A model generated the notes under the pieces. That model was given only the letters and a program-made list of their open reading frames with translations, was not told the DNA's origin and ran no database searches. The position numbers and the translations under genes are program-made. Below are positions 11,017 to 19,506 of a stretch of 56,784 bases of DNA, piece by piece. Source of the DNA: Candidatus Zapsychrus exili (GTDB lineage Bacteria > Omnitrophota > Gorgyraeia > Zapsychrales > Zapsychraceae); contig JAVCCJ010000020.1 in NCBI GenBank assembly GCA_030765585.1, positions 1 to 56,784 of the forward strand. The letters are read 5' to 3'. The first letter of the stretch is position 1; every line of letters starts with the position of its first letter.

Positions 11017-11562
11017 GTGGAAAAACCAAAACGAATTGTTTTAGGAGTGACCGGCAGCATTGCTGCATATAAGTCAGCAGAGATTATTAGAAGGTTAACG
11101 AAAAAGGGGTTTAAGGTTTCGGCTGTCATGACAAAGGAGGCCGAACATTTTATAACCCCTTTGACTTTATCTCGGTTATCTGGTGATAAGGTTTATCGTG
11201 ACATGTTTGATGGTCAAGGGGATTCGTGGGATATAGGACATATAAGCCTGGCAGACGCAGCGGATGTTCTTTTGATTGCTCCTGCAACAGCTAATATTAT
11301 CTCGAAAATAGCATGTGGTATAGCAGACGATTTATTAACATGTATTGCAATGGCTACGAAAGCAAAAATTTTGATTGCTCCTGCTATGAACGAGAATATG
11401 TATAAAAATAAGATTGTTGTAGAAAATTGTGAGAAATTAAAGAAACATGGAGTTATATTTATTGGACCAATTGAAGGTAAATTGGCGTGCGGAAAGACAG
11501 CGATTGGGCATATTGCGGATGAAGACGAAATAGTAGAAGAAGTTATTCGCTCTTTAAAATAA
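11017..11562 (+). CDS. coaC: Phosphopantothenoylcysteine decarboxylase (CoaC flavoprotein domain only)
   Basis: IVLGVTGSIAAYKS, HISLA, APATAN, APAMNENM, LACG; GTG start at 11017; ends before any CoaB domain. Confidence 0.88.
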   Translation: MEKPKRIVLGVTGSIAAYKSAEIIRRLTKKGFKVSAVMTKEAEHFITPLTLSRLSGDKVYRDMFDGQGDSWDIGHISLADAADVLLIAPATANIISKIACGIADDLLTCIAMATKAKILIAPAMNENMYKNKIVVENCEKLKKHGVIFIGPIEGKLACGKTAIGHIADEDEIVEEVIRSLK

Positions 11563-11565
11563 GAA

Positions 11566-11610
11566 TTTTGTGGCGTGGTAGTCCCGACAAGTCGGGACTA
11601 GCAAGAGGTC
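11566..11610 (+). pseudogene. Duplicated 5' fragment of tRNA-Cys interrupted by a perfect palindrome
   Basis: TTTTGTGGCGTGGTAG at 11566-11581 equals 11621-11636; followed by palindrome TAGTCCCGACAAGTCGGGACTA (11579-11600) and CAAGAGGTC. Confidence 0.65.
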
Positions 11611-11626
11611 ATAGAAAAATTTTTGT

Positions 11627-11700
11627 GGCGTGGTAGCCAAGTGGTTAGGCAGAGGTCTGCAAAACCTTGTACACCGGTTCGAGTCCGGTCCGCGCCTCCA
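11627..11700 (+). tRNA. tRNA-Cys(GCA)
   Basis: Acceptor GGCGTGG/CCGCGCC, anticodon loop CTGCAAA, GGTTCGAGTCC, encoded CCA. Confidence 0.96.
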
Positions 11701-11710
11701 ACAGTAATTT

Positions 11711-11793
11711 GGGCAAGTGGTGGAATGGCATACACGTTGGACTTAAAATCCAATGGCCGTAAGGTCGTGTGGGTTCGACTCCCACCTTGCCCA
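11711..11793 (+). tRNA. tRNA-Leu(TAA)
   Basis: Acceptor GGGCAAG/CTTGCCC, TTGGA-CTTAAAA-TCCAA, long variable arm; CCA not encoded. Confidence 0.95.
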
Positions 11794-11799
11794 TTTTTT

Positions 11800-11873
11800 G
11801 GGCTCATAGCTCAGTTGGTTAGAGTACTTGCATGACATGCAAGGTGTCCGAGGTTCGAGTCCTCGTGGGCCCA
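11800..11873 (+). tRNA. tRNA-Val(GAC)
   Basis: Acceptor GGGCTCA/TGGGCCC, CTTGC-ATGACAT-GCAAG, GGTTCGAGTCC; CCA not encoded. Confidence 0.94.
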
Positions 11874-11891
11874 TTTAACGAAAGGTTAATA

Positions 11892-12395
11892 ATGAAAACT
11901 TTTATTGTAGTTTTAACTATTGTTGTAAGTAGTATGTTTACTAGCGTAGCTTTTTCACAAGACGGACAAAAAGGATTAGCTGAACAATTGTTGGTTTTAA
12001 TGAAAGTAGATCAACAAACAACTGATATGATGGAACAGATGAAAGGCATACAACAAAAGCAATTGCAAGCTCAAAAAGAACAGTATATGAAGACGCTGAC
12101 TCAAGAACAGTTTCAACAAATGAGCGATTCTGTAGATGCTGTAATGGATATGGTGGCTCAAGACCTTTCGTGGGAAACTACAAAAGATCAATACATTGAT
12201 GTTTACGCAAAACACTATACAGTTGACGATTTAAAGGCGTTGATAGATTTTTATGGTTCTGATATTGGCGCAAAGCATTTAAAAGCAACACAAGCTATGT
12301 TACCAGAATTAATACAAATAGGGTATGGCGTAGCTCAAAAGAATCAAGCTAAATATCAAAAAGCAATGGCAGGCGCTATGCAAGGTATTCAGTAG
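11892..12395 (+). CDS. Exported DUF2059-family protein
   Basis: Signal peptide MKTFIVVL...AFS; YAKHYTVDDLKALIDFYGSDIGAK motif. Confidence 0.8.
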   Translation: MKTFIVVLTIVVSSMFTSVAFSQDGQKGLAEQLLVLMKVDQQTTDMMEQMKGIQQKQLQAQKEQYMKTLTQEQFQQMSDSVDAVMDMVAQDLSWETTKDQYIDVYAKHYTVDDLKALIDFYGSDIGAKHLKATQAMLPELIQIGYGVAQKNQAKYQKAMAGAMQGIQ

Positions 12396-12396
12396 A

Positions 12397-14121
12397 ATGA
12401 ATAAAGAATTAGAAACGTTAAGACACAGTTGTTCTCATGTGATGGCGCAGGCCGTAGCAGAGCTTTGGCCTGAAGTTAAGATTGCAATAGGTCCTGCGAT
12501 TGAAAACGGTTTTTATTATGATTTTTATAAAGACGAGTCTTTTGCAGACGAAGATTTAAAGAAAATTGAGAAGGGCATGTGGAAGATAATAAACAAAAAT
12601 CTTCCTATTGTTCAAAGTTTTATGTCGAAAAAAGAGGCTATTAAGCTTTTTTCTAGTCAAGGTCAGAAGTATAAAGTTGAATTGATAGAAGCTCTAGAAG
12701 ACGATAAGATTTCTATTTATAAAACAGGTGATAGTTTTCTTGATTTATGTAAGGGCCCACACATAGAAAGCACTAAAGAGATAAAGGCATTTAAACTTTT
12801 ATCTGTTGCTGGTTCTTATTGGAGAGGCGATGAAACAAAGGATGCTCTTCAGAGAATTTATGGCACATGTTTCTTTGACAAGAAGGAATTAGAAGCGTAT
12901 TTGACTTTATTAGAAGAGGCAAAAAAAAGAGATCATCGAAAGCTAGGAACACAGCTTGATCTTTTTAGTTTTTATCATGAGACAGCTGGCGCAGGATTAG
13001 TTTTTTATCATCCGAATGGTGCTATTTTAAGAAAACTCATAGAAGATTATATTTACGCGCAGAATATTCAAAAAGGATATGAGCCTGTTGTAACTCCACA
13101 TATTTTAAAAGGCAAGTTGTGGGAACAGAGCGGACATACGGATTATTATAAAGATAATATGTATTTCTTTGATGTTGACGACGATAAATATGCCGTTAAG
13201 CCTATGAATTGTCCGGGACACATGCTTATTTATAAGGCGAAGTTACGTTCATACAGAGAGCTTCCTATTAGAATGTTTGAGTTAGGTACAGTTTACAGAA
13301 AAGAAAAAGCAGGTGTTTTACATGGTCTTTTAAGAGTTCGTGGTTTTACACAAGATGATGCGCATATTTTCTGTAGTGAAGAGCAAGTAAAAACAGAGGT
13401 TATTTCTGTTATTAATTTTATGTTTGATGTAATGAAAGATTTTGGATTTAAGGATTTAGAGATTGAATTAAGCACAAGGCCAGAAAAGTTCATAGGTAAA
13501 ATTGAAGATTGGGATCTTGCAACAGAAGCGTTAAAAGGAGCATTAAAAGATAAAGACCTTGCTTACGAAATTAATGAAGGTGATGGAGCGTTTTATGGTC
13601 CTAAGATAGATATTAAATTAAAAGATGCATTAGGACGATCTTGGCAATGTGCGACGGTGCAATGTGATTTTTCTTTGCCAGAGCGTTTTGACTTATCTTA
13701 TATAGATGCCGAAGGAAAAGAAAAAAAGCCGATTATGATACATCGTGCTATTTTAGGTAGTATAGAAAGATTTTTTGGAACACTGGTTGAACATTATGCA
13801 GGGGCGTTTCCATTATGGCTTGCTCCAACACAAGTTGATATTGTTCCAATTAAAGATGTCCATTGTGATTATGCTTTTAAATTAAAAGAGGATTTACAAA
13901 AACAGGGCTTAAGAGTTATAATTGATGAAAGAAATGAAAGTTTAAATAAAAGAATTAGAGAAGGAACAGTACAAAAAATACCTTATCTGCTTATAATAGG
14001 AGATAAAGAAGTTGATACAACGACAGTTGCCGCTAGACGTTATGGTACGGGCGAGCAAAGTGTTCTTTCTTTTGATGAGTTTATAGCAAAGATTAAGAAA
14101 GAAATAAATAGTAAACAATAA
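12397..14121 (+). CDS. thrS: Threonine-tRNA ligase (short form without TGS domain)
   Basis: RHSCSHVMAQAV, DLCKGPH, KPMNCPGH, RVRGFTQDDAH, IHRAILGSIERF. Confidence 0.98.
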   Translation: MNKELETLRHSCSHVMAQAVAELWPEVKIAIGPAIENGFYYDFYKDESFADEDLKKIEKGMWKIINKNLPIVQSFMSKKEAIKLFSSQGQKYKVELIEALEDDKISIYKTGDSFLDLCKGPHIESTKEIKAFKLLSVAGSYWRGDETKDALQRIYGTCFFDKKELEAYLTLLEEAKKRDHRKLGTQLDLFSFYHETAGAGLVFYHPNGAILRKLIEDYIYAQNIQKGYEPVVTPHILKGKLWEQSGHTDYYKDNMYFFDVDDDKYAVKPMNCPGHMLIYKAKLRSYRELPIRMFELGTVYRKEKAGVLHGLLRVRGFTQDDAHIFCSEEQVKTEVISVINFMFDVMKDFGFKDLEIELSTRPEKFIGKIEDWDLATEALKGALKDKDLAYEINEGDGAFYGPKIDIKLKDALGRSWQCATVQCDFSLPERFDLSYIDAEGKEKKPIMIHRAILGSIERFFGTLVEHYAGAFPLWLAPTQVDIVPIKDVHCDYAFKLKEDLQKQGLRVIIDERNESLNKRIREGTVQKIPYLLIIGDKEVDTTTVAARRYGTGEQSVLSFDEFIAKIKKEINSKQ

Positions 14122-14136
14122 TTAGGAGGTGTCATT

Positions 14137-14667
14137 ATTCAAAAATTTGTTAGAGTCAATGATAGAATCAGAGTTCCAGAAGTTAGAGTTATCGGTGCAG
14201 AGGGAGAACAGTTAGGCGTTGTAATGATAAGAAGGGCTTTAGATTTAGCAGAAGAAACGGATCTAGATCTTGTAGAGATTGCGCCAACAGCAAAACCACC
14301 AGTTTGTCGCATAATGGATTTTAGTAAATATAAATATGATCAAGAGAAAAAAGAGCGTCGTATAAAAAAGAACCAACACGTTACTCATTTAAAACAGATA
14401 AGGTTAAAGCCACATATTGGAGATGGTGATTATAATATAAAATTAAAGCAAGCTATAGGATTTCTGGAGAAGAAAGACAAAGTAAAAGTTAATATGTTCT
14501 TTCGTGGACGCGAAATGATGCATAGGGAAATAGGATTAGAGATTTTAAAAAGGGCTATAGTTGATCTTGCTCCGTATGGTCAACCAGAAAAACCACCTTC
14601 AATGGAAGGTAGAGTAATGTATGTGTTTTTCAGTCCAGTATCAAGTAAAGAAAATGAGAAGAAGTAA
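14137..14667 (+). CDS. infC: Translation initiation factor IF-3 with ATT start
   Basis: AGGAGGT (14124-14130) then in-frame ATT CAA AAA TTT GTT AGA GTC AAT (..RVNDRIRVPEVRVIG); PPVCRIMDF, FRGRE. Confidence 0.95.
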   Translation: MQKFVRVNDRIRVPEVRVIGAEGEQLGVVMIRRALDLAEETDLDLVEIAPTAKPPVCRIMDFSKYKYDQEKKERRIKKNQHVTHLKQIRLKPHIGDGDYNIKLKQAIGFLEKKDKVKVNMFFRGREMMHREIGLEILKRAIVDLAPYGQPEKPPSMEGRVMYVFFSPVSSKENEKK

Positions 14668-14691
14668 TATTAATTATAGAAAGGGAGTAAA

Positions 14692-14889
14692 ATGCCGAAA
14701 TTAAAAACGAATCGGTCAGCTGCGAAACGTTTTAAGATAACAAAGTCAGGAAAACTTAAAAAACGTAGTGCTGGTCGACAACACATTTTAGGTAAGAAGA
14801 GCAGTAAAACAAAAAGAAAATTGCGTCAAAGCAGTTATGTTTCAGATGCTGATGCAAAGAAAATAAGGAGGCTGTTGCCGTATGGTTAG
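14692..14889 (+). CDS. rpmI: 50S ribosomal protein L35
   Basis: [21 protein letters not shown]. Confidence 0.97.
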   Translation: MPKLKTNRSAAKRFKITKSGKLKKRSAGRQHILGKKSSKTKRKLRQSSYVSDADAKKIRRLLPYG

Positions 14890-15280
14890 AATTAAGACAA
14901 ACGTTGCATCAAAGCGACGCAAAAAAAGAGTGCTAAAAGCTACTAAAGGTCAATTTGGCCAAAGAAGTAGAGATATTACTCAAGCGAAGCGTTCTCTTAT
15001 TAAAGGTCTTGTTTATCAATTTAGAGATCGTAGAGTAAAGAAACGTGAATTTAAAAGTCTTTGGATTATTAGAATTAATGCGGCCTGTCAAGAAGAAGGC
15101 ATTATGTATAGTCGTTTTGTTAAAGGCTTAAAAGATGCTAATATTATTATTGATCGTAAGGTCCTATCTGAGTTAGCTATAAGTGATCCAGCTGTGTTTA
15201 AAAAGCTTGTAGAAATTGCACAAGAGAAACTTGCAAATACTGCAGCGACAACTAAGAAGACTATTAAAAAGAGTGAATAA
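14882..15280 (+). CDS. rplT: 50S ribosomal protein L20
   Basis: [30 protein letters not shown]. Confidence 0.97.
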   Translation: MVRIKTNVASKRRKKRVLKATKGQFGQRSRDITQAKRSLIKGLVYQFRDRRVKKREFKSLWIIRINAACQEEGIMYSRFVKGLKDANIIIDRKVLSELAISDPAVFKKLVEIAQEKLANTAATTKKTIKKSE

Positions 15281-15308
15281 TAAAATTAACAAATTTGTAT
15301 AAAAAGTA

Positions 15309-15339
15309 TTTGGGCCCTCGATGATGGGCCCAAAGTTTT
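15309..15339 (+). terminator. Probable intrinsic terminator after rplT
   Basis: TTTGGGCCC-TCGATGAT-GGGCCCAAA followed by GTTTT. Confidence 0.6.
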
Positions 15340-15351
15340 ATAGGGGTTGTT

Positions 15352-16713
15352 ATGAAAATTATTATTGTTGGAGCCGGTAGAATAGGTATCAATTTAGCGC
15401 GTTCTTTATCAGAAGAAAATCATGAAATTTATTTGATAGAAAAGGATCAAGAAGTTGCATTAAAGGCGACAGAGAAGCTTGATATTAAAGTCATTTGCGG
15501 TAACGGATCTGATCCAGAATCACTAAAACAAGCAGGTGTTGATCAAGCAGATTTGGTTATTGCTGTAACTATTTCAGATGAAGTCAATATGATCGTTTGT
15601 TCTTTGGCTTCATTCTTTGGATCTAAAAGACAAATAGCGCGAGTAAGAGACGGAGCTTTAAGCGGTACAATAAAATCATCAGAGTATCAACATTTTCATA
15701 TAGATGAGATTATTAATCCTGAACAATTAGCGGCTTTATCAATAGTAAGGGCTGTTGATGCACCAGGCTCTTGCGAAGTAGGCGATTTTGCAGACGGAAA
15801 AATCTTATTAAGAGCGTTTGAGGTGCCAGAAGGCTCTCATTTATGTGATGCAAAAATAGGAGAATTTAGTGATGAAGATTTTCCTTGGCCATTTTTAGTT
15901 GTAACGATTGTACGTGACGGAACAGTTCTTATTCCAAAAGGAGACACTCTTATAGCAGCATTAGATCGTATTTACGTTCTTCTTCCCGCCCAGTCTTTAG
16001 GAGAATTTTTAACTTTTGTAGACCCATCAATAAAAAAACCAAATAAAATTGTTATATATGGAGCAACTAATGCTGGAGAGTATGTTGCTGAAAGCTTATC
16101 TGATCATGTTCGCGATCTTATTCTTGTAGAAGAAAACAAAGCAAAAGCAGAAATTATTGCTCAGCATTTGCCGTCAGTGCGTGTTATCAACGGTTCTGCT
16201 TCAGAAAAAGATATTTTACAAGAATGTGGTATAGAAGCAGTAGATATATTTATTGGAACAGCTAATAGCGATCATTCAAATCTCATAAGCGCTGTATTGG
16301 CAAAAAAGATGGGTGCAAAGAATACAATTATTGTGACACAAAGACCAGATTATACGTCAATCGTTGATGCGCTTGATATCGATGCGGTTATTAATCCTCA
16401 TTTATTAGCTGTTGAGCAGATTCTAAGGCTTGTTAGAGGAAAAGGAGTGAGCGCAGTTACTAAGCTCTTAGAGTGCAAGGCAGAAGTTCTTGAGTTTATT
16501 CCAGAAGAAGGCTCACCTGTCACTAAAGCGCTAATCAAGGATATTAATTTTCCTAAAAGCGCAATTGTTGGAGCCATTTCTAGAGAGGATGATGTCATTC
16601 TTGCAAAAGGAGATACTCAAATCAACGCTGGTGAGAAGGTTATTGTGTTCTGCGAAGAAGGCTCAGTTAAAAAGCTCCAATCTTTGTTTACTCTCAAAGG
16701 TATATTAAAATAA
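15352..16713 (+). CDS. trkA: Trk potassium uptake NAD-binding subunit
   Basis: MKIIIVGAGRIG, tandem RCK domains, 453 aa. Confidence 0.95.
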   Translation: MKIIIVGAGRIGINLARSLSEENHEIYLIEKDQEVALKATEKLDIKVICGNGSDPESLKQAGVDQADLVIAVTISDEVNMIVCSLASFFGSKRQIARVRDGALSGTIKSSEYQHFHIDEIINPEQLAALSIVRAVDAPGSCEVGDFADGKILLRAFEVPEGSHLCDAKIGEFSDEDFPWPFLVVTIVRDGTVLIPKGDTLIAALDRIYVLLPAQSLGEFLTFVDPSIKKPNKIVIYGATNAGEYVAESLSDHVRDLILVEENKAKAEIIAQHLPSVRVINGSASEKDILQECGIEAVDIFIGTANSDHSNLISAVLAKKMGAKNTIIVTQRPDYTSIVDALDIDAVINPHLLAVEQILRLVRGKGVSAVTKLLECKAEVLEFIPEEGSPVTKALIKDINFPKSAIVGAISREDDVILAKGDTQINAGEKVIVFCEEGSVKKLQSLFTLKGILK

Positions 16714-16729
16714 TAAGGAAAATAAGTTT

Positions 16730-18184
16730 ATGCATAAGAGATTTGTTATTAATATTGTCTCGCGTATTTTGCTAATTATATGTTTTTTTATGATTGCGCC
16801 ATTATCATGGGCGCTTCATGATAATATTCATAGTCAAGAAGTCAAAGTTTTTGCATGGACTATTCTTTTTGGAGTTATTTTGTCAGGTTTATTTTTGTGG
16901 GTTTTTAGGATTCAAAAAGATCAGTATGAAAAAATAAATGCAAAAGATGGTCTTGCAATAGTTGGTTTATCTTGGATTCTTTTATCTGCGTTTGGAGCAT
17001 TGCCTTTTTTCTTAAGCGGATCTGTAGCAAGCTATTCGGATGCATTTTTTGAAACAGTAAGTGGCTTTACTACGACAGGGGCAACGGTTATATCAAATGT
17101 TGAAATATTGCCTCGAGGAATTTTATTTTGGCGCAGCTTAACTCATTGGTTAGGTGGCATGGGAATTATTGTTTTGTTTTTAGCGCTTCTTCCTGCTTTG
17201 GGTATAAGCGGATTTCAGCTTTTTAGAGCAGAGTCTCCCGGCATTGCTGTTGAAAGAATAGACCCTAGAATTAAAGAGACAGCCAAGAGCCTTTGGATTG
17301 TTTATGTTTTATTGTCTGTGCTCGAAACAATTCTTCTGATGTTTGGGGGTATGCCACTTTTTGATTCTTTATGTCATACTTTTGGAACTATGGCAACAGG
17401 CGGTTTCTCGACTAAGAATGCTAGTATAGGAGCATACGGAGCTTATACGCAATGGATTGTTATTATTTTTATGTTCTTGGCCGGAACAAATTTTATATTA
17501 CATTACCAAGCTCTAAGAGGTAAGTTTAAGGCGTTTGTAAAGAACGAGGAATTTCGTTATTATTTATTTTTAATCATTATTTCTGTGTCTATTTTTACTA
17601 TTGTTTTGGCAAAAGGAAACATTTCTGCAAATCCATTACGTGATGCAGCTTTTCAGGTAACAGCAATCCTTACCACCACAGGATATGCAACAGCCGATTT
17701 TGATCTTTGGCCACATTTCTTAAGATTTGCTTTAATTGTTTTGATGTTTATAGGAGGTTGTGGAGGATCAACTGGTGGTGGAATGAAAATAGTTAGATTC
17801 TTTTTGTCCATTAAGATAGCCGTAAGATCTATAATACAGACAATTTTCCCTAATGCAGTTTTGCCGCTTAAGTTTAATTCTTCTGCATGTTCAGAAAAAC
17901 TAGCCGTAACTGTTGCGTCATATTTTATTATTTTTATTTCCTTGTTTTTTGCAGGAACAATATTTTTAACAATTTCAGAAAACTGTGATATTGTTAGTGC
18001 CTTTTCGGCATCTATTGCAGCGTTGAGCAATATTGGTCCTGGTTTAGCTAAGGTAGGGGCAACGCAGAATTATGCGTGGATTTCTGTTCCAGGGAAATGG
18101 ATGTTGGCGTTTTTAATGTTAGCAGGAAGACTCGAACTTTATTCAATGCTCATTCTTTTCTTGCCATCAACTTGGAAAAAATAA
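16730..18184 (+). CDS. trkH: Trk potassium uptake membrane subunit
   Basis: FETVSGFTTTGAT, WLGGMGII, TGGFS, GGCGGSTGGGMK, NIGPG, GRLE. Confidence 0.96.
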   Translation: MHKRFVINIVSRILLIICFFMIAPLSWALHDNIHSQEVKVFAWTILFGVILSGLFLWVFRIQKDQYEKINAKDGLAIVGLSWILLSAFGALPFFLSGSVASYSDAFFETVSGFTTTGATVISNVEILPRGILFWRSLTHWLGGMGIIVLFLALLPALGISGFQLFRAESPGIAVERIDPRIKETAKSLWIVYVLLSVLETILLMFGGMPLFDSLCHTFGTMATGGFSTKNASIGAYGAYTQWIVIIFMFLAGTNFILHYQALRGKFKAFVKNEEFRYYLFLIIISVSIFTIVLAKGNISANPLRDAAFQVTAILTTTGYATADFDLWPHFLRFALIVLMFIGGCGGSTGGGMKIVRFFLSIKIAVRSIIQTIFPNAVLPLKFNSSACSEKLAVTVASYFIIFISLFFAGTIFLTISENCDIVSAFSASIAALSNIGPGLAKVGATQNYAWISVPGKWMLAFLMLAGRLELYSMLILFLPSTWKK

Positions 18185-18229
18185 GTGGTGCCAGGTACCC
18201 GTAGGTTTCTTTTAGGTCCCTGGCACCAC
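18185..18229. repeat. Inverted pair of REP-like palindromes (REPIN-like)
   Basis: GTGGTGCCAGG...CCTGGCACCAC 11-bp perfect inverted repeat; each arm is itself an imperfect palindrome (GGTGCCAGGTACC / GGTCCCTGGCACC). Confidence 0.6.
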
Positions 18230-18300
18230 AATTTGACTTTTAACATCGTAATTTTGGTGGTATAATGCGACCAAATAATTAAAATCTTGATATATTTATT

Positions 18301-19311
18301 ATGAATTGGAATTTTGACGAAATAATACAACAAATTGGCCAAGAGCAGCAATTAATTGCTAGCTTGTCTGAGCTTGAATCCTTTAGGATTAAATATCTTG
18401 GGAAGAAGGGTTTAATTGTAGATATTTATGCGTCTTTGTCTAGTGCATCTAATGAAGACAAGCCTGTTATTGGAAAAAATGTTAATATTTTAAAAAATAA
18501 ACTTGCTGGTTTTATAGATGGCAAGAAAAAAGAATTAGTTGATCAGAAGAAGAAAGATAGTGTAAGCGAGATAGATATAACAATTCCAGGGGTTGCTCCT
18601 TCTGTAGGGCACAAACATCTTTTGACCCAGACAATCGATGAGATTTGCGAGCTTTTTAAGAATTTAGGCTTTGTTATACAAGAAGGCCCAGAGATAGAAA
18701 CAGAATTTAACAACTTTGATGCTTTAAATATTCCAAGTAATCATCCTTCCAGAGACGGCTTTGATACATTTTACGTCGACAAGAAAGACCCAGATAATAA
18801 AAAAGGCAATCTTCTTTTAAGAAGCCAAACATCTCCTGTGCAAATTCGTGTTATGCAAAAATATAAACCGCCACTTGCAGTTATTGTGCCAGGTAAGGTT
18901 TATAGGCCAGATGCTTTAGATGCAAGCCATTCATTTATGTTTCATCAAATAGAAGGATTGTTGGTAGATAAGAACGTTAAGTTTTCAGACTTAAAAGGTT
19001 TGCTTGAGGCTTTTTGCAAAAGATTATTTGGCAAGAATATAAAAATGAGATTTAGGCCTCATTTCTTTCCGTTTACCGAACCATCAGCTGAAGTGGATAT
19101 TTCATGGGAGTCAGGAAAAAAAGACTGGCTTGAAATTATGGGATGTGGAATGGTACATCCAAATGTTTTTAAAGCAGTAGGGTATAAAGAAGGTCAATAT
19201 ACTGGGCTTGCATTTGGTCTAGGTGTCGAGAGAATAGCTATGCTTAAATATGGCATAAAAGATATTCGCACCTTTGTGGAAAATGATAATAGATTTTTAA
19301 AACAATTTTAA
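18301..19311 (+). CDS. pheS: Phenylalanine-tRNA ligase alpha subunit
   Basis: NFDALNIP..HPSR..DTFY, LLRSQTSPVQ, FHQIEG, FPFTEPS, AFGLGVER. Confidence 0.98.
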   Translation: MNWNFDEIIQQIGQEQQLIASLSELESFRIKYLGKKGLIVDIYASLSSASNEDKPVIGKNVNILKNKLAGFIDGKKKELVDQKKKDSVSEIDITIPGVAPSVGHKHLLTQTIDEICELFKNLGFVIQEGPEIETEFNNFDALNIPSNHPSRDGFDTFYVDKKDPDNKKGNLLLRSQTSPVQIRVMQKYKPPLAVIVPGKVYRPDALDASHSFMFHQIEGLLVDKNVKFSDLKGLLEAFCKRLFGKNIKMRFRPHFFPFTEPSAEVDISWESGKKDWLEIMGCGMVHPNVFKAVGYKEGQYTGLAFGLGVERIAMLKYGIKDIRTFVENDNRFLKQF

Positions 19312-19319
19312 ATTAGGAC

Positions 19320-19494
19320 ATAGTTTATGGAATGCATCGTAAGATGCATAAACATAAGCTATAAGTCCGAATTTATTCCGATTTTGCAAAACAAATGTCG
19401 GAATAAGTAAATAGGAGTATTCCGACAAAACGTTTAGGCGTTTGTCGGGATAAATTCACTCTAACACTTACTCGCACTGCATGCTCGTAAGTGT
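19320..19494. repeat. Cluster of stem-loops between pheS and pheT
   Basis: ATAGTTTATG..CATAAGCTAT enclosing ATGCATC-GTAA-GATGCAT; TTATTCCGA..TCGGAATAA; TATTCCGACAAA..TTTGTCGGGATA; ACACTTAC..GTAAGTGT. Confidence 0.6.
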
Positions 19495-19506
19495 AAGGAT
19501 TCATTT

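Noticed and set aside
11598..11891. ORFs 11598-11807, 11623-11835 and the 5' extension of 11832-12395
   Set aside because: They overlap three well-formed tRNA genes
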